Of a DNA stretch of 64,000 nt, positions 1-9,239 are shown piece by piece. The notes below the pieces were generated by a model. It saw only the letters and a program-made list of their open reading frames with translations. It was not told the origin of the DNA and searched no databases. The stretch comes from an uncultured bacterium. GTDB lineage: Bacteria > Planctomycetota > UBA1135 > GCA-002686595. The stretch's first letter is position 1. Each line of letters starts with the position of its first letter. The DNA lies in contig CALSNU010000002.1 in assembly GCA_943787795.1 (NCBI GenBank), forward strand, positions 736,001-800,000. Direction: 5' to 3'. The translations under genes and the position numbers were made by a program.

Positions 1-254
1 CCTTCCACGGTGGCGCTCCCCTCGTGCTGCGCCACGATCGACACCGAGAGGCCGTCGATCAGGAGGTTCTCGGCGTAGGCACCGGGGCGCACCAGGATGA
101 GGTCCCCGTCCTGGGCGAGCGCGAGCGCACTTGAGATGTCCACCGTGTCTCCGGCGCCGCTGCGGTCCACGATGATCTCCCCGGCGTGCACAGCGCTGGT
201 GAGGGCGATCGCGAAGGGCACGGTCAGGAACCGTCTTCTCAAGAGCTCATTCAT
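1..254 (-). CDS. Secreted protein, N-terminal part (pectin-lyase/beta-helix-like start); runs off the window edge
   Basis: Manual translation from ATG 254: MNELLRRRFLTVPFAIALTSAVHA-GEIIVDRSGAGDTVDISSALALAQDGDLILVRPGAYAENL; signal peptide plus the 'I..A...A..GD.I.V.PG.Y' motif. Not in the ORF track. Confidence 0.7.
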   Translation of the reverse strand, partial: MNELLRRRFLTVPFAIALTSAVHAGEIIVDRSGAGDTVDISSALALAQDGDLILVRPGAYAENLLIDGLSVSIVAQHEGSATVE

Positions 255-543
255 GGTGCTAATCCTCTGCTTGCCTAGACGTCTCTAGCGAGGCGAGCCG
301 GCCGTGTTTCGGGGAACTGTTGGAAAGGCGGGTGTTGGCCTCGCAGGACGCGCAGGAGCAGCAACGGCAACCAATCAGTCTGGCAGACCAGAGCGTCCAT
401 GGTCGCGGCATGCGCCGCGCGTTCTGGATGGGGGCGCGAAGAGAGACATTGGACGGCCTGGGGGGGGCCAGGTAGAGGTTGTGGAGCGTCGCGGGACGCG
501 GGCCTGGCCACCTCGCCTGACGATCGAGCGCCCCGGACAAGAC

Positions 544-578
544 GGTGGCCCGCCCCGACAACATCGGGGCGGGCCACC
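544..578 (-). terminator. Strong hairpin downstream of the 617-2494 gene
   Basis: 15-bp perfect inverted repeat GGTGGCCCGCCCCGA-caaca-TCGGGGCGGGCCACC about 40 nt after the stop; U-tract weak. Confidence 0.6.
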
Positions 579-616
579 AGAACTCGTGCGTGCTGCGGCG
601 TGGGCCGCAGCCGCGA

Positions 617-2494
617 TCAGAAGGTGATCTCGAGGCCGTCGGTGAAGTTCGACGTGGCCGAGCCGCTCACCGCGTCGCGATACCAGGCCTGGAAGTTCCA
701 GGAGTCACCCGAGCTGATGGCCACGAAGCCCGTGGGCTGGGGGACCTGGGTGTTGTCGATGGCGATCGCGATCATGCCGGTGGTGCCAGCGTTCTGGATC
801 TGGCCGGGGCCCACGTAGCGCCCGATGGCGCCGCCGAGGCAGAGGTTGCCCTGGCTGCCGCCGGGGTTGGCCACGAAGCCCTGGGTCTGGGAGGCGAGGA
901 AGAAGCCGAACGAGTTGTTGGGCAGACCGCCAGCCTCGAGGACCAGGTCGTTGGAGGCCAGGACGGTGGAGCCTGACGCGGCCATCGACGCCTCAGCGCC
1001 AGTGGAGTTGACGTTGGCGGTGCAGTAGTTCGTGCCGATCTGGCCCGGGGAGGCGAGCACGGTGAGGACCGTGCCGTTCATGACGGCGCCGGGGAGGTCG
1101 AAGCTCCACTCGTTGTCGTCGTATCCGCCGACATCACCGCTCTGGAAGCCGATCGTGGCGCTCGCGCCACCGTCGGCGCGGAAGGAGTCGACGCTCTCGT
1201 AGAGGTACTGGGCGACGATGGGACCCGTGCCCGAGGGCACCTGGATCTGGAAGGTGGCCGTGTCGATGCCGCCGGTGCCGCCCGGGAAGAACTCGACCGC
1301 CTCCCACTGGATCACGAGCACGCCGCCCGTCTCCTGGTAGTAGATCTCACCCTCGAGGCCACCGTCGGTGTCGACGTCGTCCCAGAAGGGCATCAGCGTC
1401 CGCTCGCTGTTGAAGGCGGCGACCGACGGGATCGGCTGGTTGCCGAACCCAAGGTCGAGGGCGGAGCCGTCGAAGCGCACGGCGCCGTTGCTGCCCACGC
1501 GGGCGATGCCGGCGGCGAGCACGGTGTTGCCGATCGTGGTCGGGATGTCAGCCTCGCCGTCATCGGAGAGGCTCAAGGGCGTCCCGGTGGTGGAGATGTC
1601 GATCCAGGTGCCCGGGAGGTTGTCCACGATGGTCACGGGGCTCGGGGGAGCGGGGGGCTGCCCCTCGGTGACCAGCACCGTGCCGAAGCCGGTGGAGCCA
1701 TTCCAACCGCCGACGCGCATGTAGTAGGTCGAGCCGGAGACGGGGGTCGCGACGGTGATCGAGCTCTGGAGCCCGCAGCTGTCGTCGTTGCACTCGAGCA
1801 GGTTGAGGGCGTTGCAGCTCCCGTCATAGACCTCGATGGCGGTGTCGTAGCTGGAGCCGCAGGTCTCGAAGGTCAGGCTGTTGCCGTTCGCGGCCGTGTA
1901 GCTGTACCAGATGTCAGGGGCGGTGGCCCCGGCGCAGGAGAAGGGGATCAGCCCCTCGTCGATGGCGAGGGTGGTGTCATACGCCACCGCAGTGCCGGCC
2001 GTCAGCGTGACTGCCGTAGCGCAGGTGTCGTTGCTGGTTCCCGGGGGCGGGGTGACCTCGGCGATGTTGAGCGTCCCGAAGCCGGTGCCGCCGTTATAGC
2101 CCGCGACCCGGATCAGGAACTGGTCGCCGACGCTGACGCCGCCGATGGTGGCGCCGCTCTGGAGCCCGCAGAAGTCGTCGTTGCAGACGATCTCGATCGG
2201 GGCCGCGCAGGTGCCGCTGTAGAGGGTCAGGGCCGTGTCGTAGCTCGAGCCGCAGAGGTCGATGGCGATGTCATTGGTCGACGCCGCCGTGTAGGAGTAC
2301 CAGATGTCCGGTCCGCCGTTCGCCGCGCAGTTGAAGGGGATGATCCCCTCGTCGATGGCGAGGGTGGTGTCGAACGCGGTGGCGCCGAGGGACGCGGCGA
2401 TGGCGGTCGTGCAGTCGTCGTTGGCCGCCTGGGCAGAGGCGACCGAGCCGAGGGCGATGCCCGTGGCGGCGGTGAAGAGGATGGAACGATTCAT
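617..2494 (-). CDS. Secreted/surface protein with two Cys-rich repeat modules and a lineage-type C-terminal domain
   Basis: Signal peptide; two ~130-aa modules (ND.C.TA...DTTLAIDEG.IPF.CA...PDIWYSYTA...CGSSYDTA...CNDD.CGLQS); C-terminal GTNYC...NPGGSQGNLC...WNFQAWYRD...SNFTDG domain. Confidence 0.85.
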   Translation of the reverse strand: MNRSILFTAATGIALGSVASAQAANDDCTTAIAASLGATAFDTTLAIDEGIIPFNCAANGGPDIWYSYTAASTNDIAIDLCGSSYDTALTLYSGTCAAPIEIVCNDDFCGLQSGATIGGVSVGDQFLIRVAGYNGGTGFGTLNIAEVTPPPGTSNDTCATAVTLTAGTAVAYDTTLAIDEGLIPFSCAGATAPDIWYSYTAANGNSLTFETCGSSYDTAIEVYDGSCNALNLLECNDDSCGLQSSITVATPVSGSTYYMRVGGWNGSTGFGTVLVTEGQPPAPPSPVTIVDNLPGTWIDISTTGTPLSLSDDGEADIPTTIGNTVLAAGIARVGSNGAVRFDGSALDLGFGNQPIPSVAAFNSERTLMPFWDDVDTDGGLEGEIYYQETGGVLVIQWEAVEFFPGGTGGIDTATFQIQVPSGTGPIVAQYLYESVDSFRADGGASATIGFQSGDVGGYDDNEWSFDLPGAVMNGTVLTVLASPGQIGTNYCTANVNSTGAEASMAASGSTVLASNDLVLEAGGLPNNSFGFFLASQTQGFVANPGGSQGNLCLGGAIGRYVGPGQIQNAGTTGMIAIAIDNTQVPQPTGFVAISSGDSWNFQAWYRDAVSGSATSNFTDGLEITF

Positions 2495-2839
2495 GGGTTC
2501 GGGAAGGCGCAGGGGAAGAGAGGGCCGAAGGAACTGCAGGCACGGCCGACCAGGTATGTGACGGAGTGCCGCGGAAGGCCTCCGGGTTCCATGTTAGGCA
2601 TGGAATTGCATTCTTGCGGGCGCGGAAGGGCTGCGGCCGTCCTTGGGACATGGGATGGCCACTCACGGGTGGCTCAGATGGAGTCAGCATGGCGCACTTG
2701 GCGCGACGGGCCGTCCCGCCCAGGTCACGGGGAGACGAACCCTCCGGGGTCCGTGCTACCTTCTCCCAAGCCCTGCCCGACGGTCCCCGGACGCCGCTGT
2801 CCCGGCGTCGGGACGGCCCCCGCCACGGAAGACCACTCG

Positions 2840-5539
2840 TTGGATACGCGACCGACTCTCTTGCCCTCCCCGGCGGTTCTCTGGACCCTCGCGCTCGGCG
2901 CCCTGACCCTGGGCGGCGGCGTGGGGATGCCCCTGGACGCTGGATCGGACCGCCCTGACTTCGGGGCCCTGCGCCTCGAGGGGGCCCGCCGGTCCCAGTA
3001 CCAGGGCGGCGCGGCTGGGCCCGAGGGTCCGGCGGAGCGCACCACGGACCTCGAGTCGTTCCGGCGCGAGATCGAGCCGCTGCTCGAGTCGGCTTGCCTC
3101 GGGTGCCACGGGCCCGACAAGGAGAAGGGGGGCTTCCGACTGGACGAGCTCGACCCCGACCTCGTCGGGGGTGAGGACGTGGACTGGTGGCTCGATGTGC
3201 TCTCGGTGCTGAGCAACGGGGAGATGCCCCCCGCGGACGGGCCGGAGCTGGCGGCCGCCGACCGCGGCCAGGTCGTGGAGTGGCTCTCCATGGAGGTCCA
3301 GAATGCCTCGCTCGCCCTCCGCGCCCAGGGCGAGCATTCCACCTTCCGGCGCCTCGCCCGCTACGAGTACCGCCACGCCCTGCAGGACCTTCTCGGCCTC
3401 CCGCTCCGCTTCGGCGAGGACCTCCCGCCGGACCCGATCTCGGAGGACGGGTTTCAGAACAGCTCGGAGGTCCTGCACCTCTCGTCCTCCCAGCTCCCCA
3501 TCTACCTGGAGGCCGGCCGCGAGGCGCTCCGCGCCGCCGCCCCCCTCGGGGATCAACCTGCGACCGTGGCCTGGAGCATCTCCATGGACGCGGCGGCGGA
3601 CCGTGAGTGGGAGCACCAAGACAGCCAGCTCGAGGGGGTGCGGAAGAAGCACGAGGCGGCCCCGGCGAAGCTTGAGGAGGAGCTGGGCAAGCTGCGCGAG
3701 CGCTTCGCGCGCCGGCCCGGCGGCGCGCACTTCCAGGACCCCGCGGGCACCCGGTTCGCGGGGATGCGCTGGAACTACAACGGGGCGCGCTTCGCGTGGG
3801 CGCCCTCGGCGGAGGCCCCGTCGCCCCCCGCGAACTCCAAGAGCGTCGCCGTCCTCCCGGCGTGGCACGGGATGACGGTGGAGCTGGGAGACCGCGTGCC
3901 GGACGAGGGGATCCTCCGCGTGCGCGTGCGGGCCTCCCGGGCCTCGGACGAGGATCCGCGCCCTGTGAGCCTGGGACTCATGTTTGGGTGGCAGGCAAGC
4001 AACGACTCCAACGCGGTGTTCCCCGTCACCCACCAGGAGGCCCTGGTGGACGCGCCGCCCGACGCCCCACAGACGTACTCCTGGGACGTGCCCATGGGCG
4101 ACGTCTACCCGCGCAACCTCGCGCGGGGGGTGAACACCATGGGCCAGCTCCCGAGCCCCTCGGAGTTCATCAAGCTGGTGAACCGCTCCCTCTCCGGGCG
4201 GACGCTCCACATCCACCACGTGGAGGTCGAGGGGCCCGTCTTCGACCAGTGGCCGCCGGCGTCCCACCGGTGCATCTTCCACGAGCGGCCGAAGGGGCAG
4301 GCGGAGCGCGCCTACGCAGCGGAGGTCATCGAGCGCTTCATGGCGCGGGCCTGGCGCAGGACGCCGACGAGGCGCGAGGTCTCCCGCAAGGTGGCGCTCT
4401 TCCGCGAGCTCCGCCGGGACACGGGCTCCGTGGAGGAGGCCGTGCTGGAGGTCCTCGCCGTGGTGCTCACCTCCCCGAACTTCCTGTACGTGGTTGTGGA
4501 GGAGCCGGAGGCCGACCCTTCCGCCCCCATCTCCGACCTGGAGCTCGCCACGCGGCTGTCGCTCTTCCTGTGGTGCAGCGCCCCGGACGAGGCGCTCCTC
4601 GAGCGGGCCCGCGCGGGGGAGCTCCGGGAGCCCGGCGTACTGGAGGCGGAGGTGGACCGCATGCTCGCGGACCCGCGGGCCGAGCGATTCGCGGACCGGT
4701 TCGTGGGGCAGTGGCTCAACCTCGCGCTGATGGACAACCTGGAGGTGAACCGCAAGGCCTACCCCGCCTTCGACGACAGGCTCCAGGACGCGATGGTCCG
4801 TGAGCCCGTGGAGTTCTTCCGCGAGCTGCTGCGCACCGATGGGAGCGCCCTGGACTTCATCCACTCCGACTTCGCCATGGTCAACGAGCGCCTCGCGGCG
4901 CACTACGGCATCGGCGACGTGACGGGGAACCACTTCCGGCGCGTGGAGCTGGACCCCGCGGGTCGCCGCGGCGGCCTCCTCGCCCAGGCGGGGCCGCTCG
5001 CCATGAACTCCGACGGCAAGGACTCCCACCCCCTCAAGCGCGGGATCTGGATGCTCGAGAACCTCCTCGACGATCCGCCGCCGCCGCCGCCGCCCGCGGT
5101 GCCGGAGATCGACCTCGCGGACCCCGAGATCGCGAAGATGACGCTCAAGGAGCGCATCGAGGACCACCGCAACGACCCGGCCTGCATGTCGTGTCACGCC
5201 AAGATCGACCCCTGGGGGATCGCCTTCGAGCACTTCGACGCCATCGGCCAGTGGCGCACCGAGGCCGGCGGCCGGCCCGTGGACGCCCGCAGCCTCCTCT
5301 TCAATCAGCAGGAACTGGACGGGCTCGACGGCTTGAAGGGCTTCCTCCTCCTGAACCGCCAGGACCAGTTCGTGCGGGCCCTCGTCCAGAAACTGGTCAC
5401 CTTCGGCCTCGGCAGGCCCCTGAGCTTCAGTGACCGCGCGGCCGTGGACCGGATCACCGCCGAAACCCGGGAGGCCGGGGACGGGCTGGCTACCATGATC
5501 AAGCAGATCGTCACCAGCGACCTGTTCCAGAGCCGCTAG
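2840..5539 (+). CDS. Planctomycete cytochrome c / DUF1587-1595-1592-1588-1585 domain protein
   Basis: CLGCHG and CMSCH heme motifs, RRLARYEY, ELATRLSLFLW, FVGQWL, RGGLL, HPLKRGIW, PPPPPPAVP. Start uncertain: TTG 2840 gives a signal-like N-terminus, while the ORF track opens at 2558. Confidence 0.9.
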   Translation: MDTRPTLLPSPAVLWTLALGALTLGGGVGMPLDAGSDRPDFGALRLEGARRSQYQGGAAGPEGPAERTTDLESFRREIEPLLESACLGCHGPDKEKGGFRLDELDPDLVGGEDVDWWLDVLSVLSNGEMPPADGPELAAADRGQVVEWLSMEVQNASLALRAQGEHSTFRRLARYEYRHALQDLLGLPLRFGEDLPPDPISEDGFQNSSEVLHLSSSQLPIYLEAGREALRAAAPLGDQPATVAWSISMDAAADREWEHQDSQLEGVRKKHEAAPAKLEEELGKLRERFARRPGGAHFQDPAGTRFAGMRWNYNGARFAWAPSAEAPSPPANSKSVAVLPAWHGMTVELGDRVPDEGILRVRVRASRASDEDPRPVSLGLMFGWQASNDSNAVFPVTHQEALVDAPPDAPQTYSWDVPMGDVYPRNLARGVNTMGQLPSPSEFIKLVNRSLSGRTLHIHHVEVEGPVFDQWPPASHRCIFHERPKGQAERAYAAEVIERFMARAWRRTPTRREVSRKVALFRELRRDTGSVEEAVLEVLAVVLTSPNFLYVVVEEPEADPSAPISDLELATRLSLFLWCSAPDEALLERARAGELREPGVLEAEVDRMLADPRAERFADRFVGQWLNLALMDNLEVNRKAYPAFDDRLQDAMVREPVEFFRELLRTDGSALDFIHSDFAMVNERLAAHYGIGDVTGNHFRRVELDPAGRRGGLLAQAGPLAMNSDGKDSHPLKRGIWMLENLLDDPPPPPPPAVPEIDLADPEIAKMTLKERIEDHRNDPACMSCHAKIDPWGIAFEHFDAIGQWRTEAGGRPVDARSLLFNQQELDGLDGLKGFLLLNRQDQFVRALVQKLVTFGLGRPLSFSDRAAVDRITAETREAGDGLATMIKQIVTSDLFQSR

Positions 5540-5555
5540 GCGGCGGCACCCCCCG

Positions 5556-6965
5556 ATGACCCGATCCGAGCACACCGACCTCGCCCGCGTGGACCGCCGC
5601 CGGTTCCTGCGCGGCTCCGCCGTCGCGCTGGCGCTGCCCTGGCTCGAGTCCATGGCGGCCGCGTGGCCGGCGAGCGGCGCGCGGGACAAGCGGCGGCGGC
5701 TTGCCTGCGTGTACTTCCCTGACGGGGTCCCCATGCCCCTGGCAGAGGACCCGGCCTACGAAGACTGGTCGTGGTTCCCCCATGGGAGCGGGAAGGAGTA
5801 TCGCTTCACGAAGTGCTTCGAGCCCCTCGCCTCCCTGCGCGAGGAGTTCACGGTCTTCTCCGGCCTCTCGCACCCCGCGGTCCGCGACGTGCACGGCCAC
5901 TCCAACGCCGACCAGTTCCTCACCGGTGCCGACACCGGGGCCAAGGGCGACTACCGCAACGGCATCTCCCTCGACCAGGTCTTCGCGGCGCACGCGGGCG
6001 ACGAGACCCGCCACGCCTCGATGGTCCTCTCCACCGACGGCGGCACGGGCACGCCGCGCGGCGCCCACACCCTCTCTTTCACGCGGACCGGCCGCGCGAT
6101 CCCCGCGGAGCATCGGCCGAAGCGCGTCTTCGACACGCTCTTCCTGAAGAAGGACGACGACGCGGCGCGGCGCCTGGCCATGAGTGAGAGCGCGCTCGAC
6201 GATCTCCTGGAGGACGCCCGCGCCCTGCGGGGCTCCCTCTCTGCGGCGGATCGCGAGTCCCTGGACGAGTACCTCGAGTCGGTCCGCGAGACGGAGCTCA
6301 AGGTCGAGAAGGCCAAGCGCTGGGCGCGCGTCCCCCTGCCCAAGGTCAAGGCCGACCACCTCAACCTCGACGTGACCCTGGAGGAGCCCAGGCTCTACCT
6401 CCAGACCATGTACGAGCTCATGTATCTCGCGTTCCGGTCGGACTCCACGCGGACCGCCTCGTATCAGATCGGCCGCGAGAACGGCGTGGGCCGCAGCGAC
6501 ATCCTCTCGCGCGCGGTGGACCTGCCCCTGAGCCACCAGCTCTCCCACGACACGAAGAACCCCGGCGGCTGGGAGAACTTCAGCGTCTACTGCCGCTTCC
6601 TCAACGAGGAGTTCGGCCGCTTCGTGAAGCGCCTCAAGGACACGCCGGAGCCGGGCGGCGACGGGTCGATGCTCGACCACTCGCTCCTCCTCTTCGGCTC
6701 CGCCTCCAGCGCCTTCCACCTGTCGCGGAACTACCCCCTGATCCTCGCCGGCGGCAAGGACATGGGCTTCCGGCACGGCCAGTACGTGAACCTCATTGGC
6801 GATAACGCCTACGGCGGCTCATGGAGCGGCGGCCAGGAGCCCTGGCAGCGCGAGTTCTCCCACGAGGACCGCCCCCTCGCGGACCTCTACCTCACCATGC
6901 TCCAGCGCCTGGGCGTGGAGACCGACACCTTCGCCGGCAGCACCACGCCCCTCGAGGGCGTCTGA
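5556..6965 (+). CDS. DUF1552 domain protein, usual partner of DUF1592 proteins
   Basis: Tat-like DRRRFLRG..VALALPWLESM; ISLDQV; LDEYLESVRETE; NYPLILAGG; directly downstream of the DUF1592 gene. Confidence 0.9.
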   Translation: MTRSEHTDLARVDRRRFLRGSAVALALPWLESMAAAWPASGARDKRRRLACVYFPDGVPMPLAEDPAYEDWSWFPHGSGKEYRFTKCFEPLASLREEFTVFSGLSHPAVRDVHGHSNADQFLTGADTGAKGDYRNGISLDQVFAAHAGDETRHASMVLSTDGGTGTPRGAHTLSFTRTGRAIPAEHRPKRVFDTLFLKKDDDAARRLAMSESALDDLLEDARALRGSLSAADRESLDEYLESVRETELKVEKAKRWARVPLPKVKADHLNLDVTLEEPRLYLQTMYELMYLAFRSDSTRTASYQIGRENGVGRSDILSRAVDLPLSHQLSHDTKNPGGWENFSVYCRFLNEEFGRFVKRLKDTPEPGGDGSMLDHSLLLFGSASSAFHLSRNYPLILAGGKDMGFRHGQYVNLIGDNAYGGSWSGGQEPWQREFSHEDRPLADLYLTMLQRLGVETDTFAGSTTPLEGV

Positions 6966-6972
6966 GCCCGGG

Positions 6973-7956
6973 TCAGCGGGAGATCACCCGCGCGTAGCGC
7001 CACTGGACCGCCAGGGTCATGGCGCCCAGGGCCGTGCTGCGGATCCGGTTGCCGTCGCTCTCCGGGGCCGGGAAGGAGCCGTCCTCCAGCTGGGCGGCCG
7101 CGAGCGCCGCGCCAAGGGCGGGCTGCCAGGCGCGCCAGAGCTCACCGCCGCGTTGGAACGCCGCGAGGCTGCCGAGGTACCAGTATTCCGCGGGGTCGTC
7201 TCCGTCGTCGGTGCCGGGCAGCCGGTCGAGGAGGGGCGCGCCCTCGTCCTCCAGGATGCCGGCGCCGGTGAGGGCCCCGGCGAAGAGGCTGGCGGCAGAG
7301 CGCAAGGCGGTGGCCTCGGTCTGGAAGCGAATCCGGTCGAGGGTGGCGTCTGCGAGGCGCTGGTCGATGGAGGCGCCGGCGTCCCGGGCCGATGCCAGGG
7401 CGGCGAGGCCCCAGGCCGCCTCCAAGGCGCCGCGCTCGTCGGGGAGCTCGCCCGGCGCGTTCCACCCTGCCAGGGCCCTGGCCAGCGCCTCGGCGCCGCG
7501 CCCGACGGTGTCCTCGAGGCCGTGGTCGCCGCGGCTGAGGACCTGCGCCTCGCTCACGGCGAGGAGCGCCGCCGCCTGCCCCCCGAGGTCGGGGACAGCA
7601 TCCCCGTCACGGAAGACGCCCTCCCCGTCCTGGTGCCGCGCGAGCCAGCGGACCGCGCGTCCCAGGGGCTCCCGGTGGGGACCGACGTCGAGGGTGTTGC
7701 CCTCCGCCAGCAGCGAGAGCGCGGCGAGCCCGGTGTCCTCCACCCGCCGCTCGCCCGAGCCCCACGAGCCGTCGCTTGCCTCGTGGTCCACGAGCCACCG
7801 CAGCGCGGCCCCGAGGGCGCCGGGGTCCGGGCGCGCAGGGGGGTGCTTGGTCGTGACCGCCGGGGTGGGAGCTTCCAGACGGTGGTCCTCGGGCGCGTGG
7901 CACCCAGGGGCGAGGCCGGCGAGGAGGCCGGCGAGGAGGGCGGGCGATCGACTCAT
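6973..7956 (-). CDS. Prenyltransferase/squalene-oxidase repeat lipoprotein
   Basis: Lipobox-like LAPGC; ALRWLVDHEASDGSW, TGLAALSLLAEG, AVRWLARHQDGEG, YWYLGSLAAFQRGG, QLEDGSF motifs. Confidence 0.75.
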   Translation of the reverse strand: MSRSPALLAGLLAGLAPGCHAPEDHRLEAPTPAVTTKHPPARPDPGALGAALRWLVDHEASDGSWGSGERRVEDTGLAALSLLAEGNTLDVGPHREPLGRAVRWLARHQDGEGVFRDGDAVPDLGGQAAALLAVSEAQVLSRGDHGLEDTVGRGAEALARALAGWNAPGELPDERGALEAAWGLAALASARDAGASIDQRLADATLDRIRFQTEATALRSAASLFAGALTGAGILEDEGAPLLDRLPGTDDGDDPAEYWYLGSLAAFQRGGELWRAWQPALGAALAAAQLEDGSFPAPESDGNRIRSTALGAMTLAVQWRYARVISR

Positions 7957-8056
7957 GCACGCAAGCCTATCGCCGCTCCCCGGAAGGTCCTCCGCATCGC
8001 CTCCGCGAGGCCCCTGGAGGGGGTCCGAGCGCCGCCCCCCCCCGAGGGGCCTGGAC

Positions 8057-8740
8057 CTACGCTTCCTCCTCTGGACTCCGCCCTTGGGAGCGCAGGGGCG
8101 CGGAGGTCATGCGACGCCACCGGTCGACGAGCCGATCCAACACGTCGTGGATGGGCATGTGCTCGGCCCCTGGGGCGCCCAGCCAGAGCTCGTCGGCCAT
8201 GATGCGGACCTGCCAACCGTCCTCGAACTCGAGGAAGAGGCCGGCCTCCAACCGCTCGTCCACCGGGCCCTCTCCGCCGGAGGGCGCCGGCCCCTCGAGG
8301 TGGAAGAGCAGCTCGCGGCACCGCTCCAGGCCCTGGACCTCGAAGCGCGCGGTGACGTCCTCGCCGAACTGGTGCCAGATCATCCGGCCGGACCAGCGGT
8401 TGGGCCCGCGGTTGGGCCTCTCGGAGTAGGGAGGGATGAGCGGGACGCCCTTGCCGATGACGGTGGCCTGGTCCGGCCCCCCTCGGGTCCACCAGCCCAC
8501 CCGCTCCCGTTGGCGGATGACCTCGGCCGCGTGGATCCACCCGAACTCTCGCTCTGCGAGGATGGCCGAGGGCCACGGCTCGGATGCGCCGCCGTCGGGG
8601 CGATGGCGGAGCTCCAGCGAGGGCACCTGGTCGTCGGTGACGAAGGTCCGGAGCTCATGGGAGCTCCCGAGCCGTTCCATGCGGGGGCCTCCCCTGTCGG
8701 GGATCGGTTGCCCCGGGGCGTGGGCGGTCGGGCGGCTCAT
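8057..8740 (-). CDS. Hypothetical protein (~227 aa), second gene downstream of the SAM riboswitch
   Basis: ATG at 8740 overlaps the upstream TGA (ATGA coupling); globular-looking, Trp-rich sequence; no family recognised. Confidence 0.65.
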   Translation of the reverse strand: MSRPTAHAPGQPIPDRGGPRMERLGSSHELRTFVTDDQVPSLELRHRPDGGASEPWPSAILAEREFGWIHAAEVIRQRERVGWWTRGGPDQATVIGKGVPLIPPYSERPNRGPNRWSGRMIWHQFGEDVTARFEVQGLERCRELLFHLEGPAPSGGEGPVDERLEAGLFLEFEDGWQVRIMADELWLGAPGAEHMPIHDVLDRLVDRWRRMTSAPLRSQGRSPEEEA

Positions 8741-8946
8741 GCGGACGCCTCCCCGCGGGGGCGGAGCAAGAGGTCGCGGAGTTCGCGGGCCTCCTTCACG
8801 TCCTTCGTCCCGAGGGAGACCCTCATGCGGCGCCGCGTGTGGGGCGTGGGCCGGACGGTGTAGTGGCACCACCAGGTCCCGTGGTTGTTCCACAGGTGGT
8901 GGTTCGGGTTGTCCGCGTGGACGCGGATGGCGAGTGTCGGTCGCAT
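8737..8946 (-). CDS. Small basic 69-aa protein resembling an integrase arm-type DNA-binding domain
   Basis: NPNHHLWNNHGTWWCHYTV...RRRMRVSLGTKDVKEARELRD; AGGGAG RBS-like sequence before the ATG; first gene after the riboswitch. Confidence 0.8.
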   Translation of the reverse strand: MRPTLAIRVHADNPNHHLWNNHGTWWCHYTVRPTPHTRRRMRVSLGTKDVKEARELRDLLLRPRGEASA

Positions 8947-9020
8947 GATGCGCTCCCTGGTCAGAGACCCCCTGGGCGCATCAGGAAGCGAGGGGGTCCA
9001 CGGGGTGCGGACGGCTCTCG

Positions 9021-9135
9021 CCGGAGAACTTGTTCACGGGACCTCCCGTGCTCATCGACCCGCTCGAGGGTCTAACCACCTTGGCTCTCCGCGCCAGGTT
9101 GGCAGGTCCGCGAGGGGCGAACCGTTCCTGATGAT
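9021..9135 (-). ncRNA. SAM riboswitch, SAM-I/IV variant architecture
   Basis: Minus strand: P1 UCAUC/GAUGA; AUCAGGAA junction; P2 GGUUCGC/GCGGACC; P3 GCCAACC-UGGC(gcggaga)GCCA-AGGUGGU; P4 GACCC/GGGUC; P5 CACGGG/CCCGUG; PK-2 between L3 CGGAGA (9086-9091) and 3' UCUCCG (9022-9027). Confidence 0.85.
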
Positions 9136-9239
9136 GACCCCTTCATGGCTCCGGAGAACGGATCCCTCAAGGGGCGTCCGTGTCATAAGCGCGCAGACCC
9201 ACGCGCCGGTCTCGATCTCGTCCCGGTGAGGGGCGGCGC

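Noticed and set aside
2551..2592. ECF-type promoter (GGAACC...CGTC) for the 617-2494 gene
   Set aside because: The 21-nt spacer is too long for the usual ECF spacing.
2756..5734. Long antisense or off-frame ORFs (e.g. 2756-5734 -, 23235-25757 -, 26940-29477 +, 38890-41028 +)
   Set aside because: Shadows of real high-GC genes; no motifs and biased composition.
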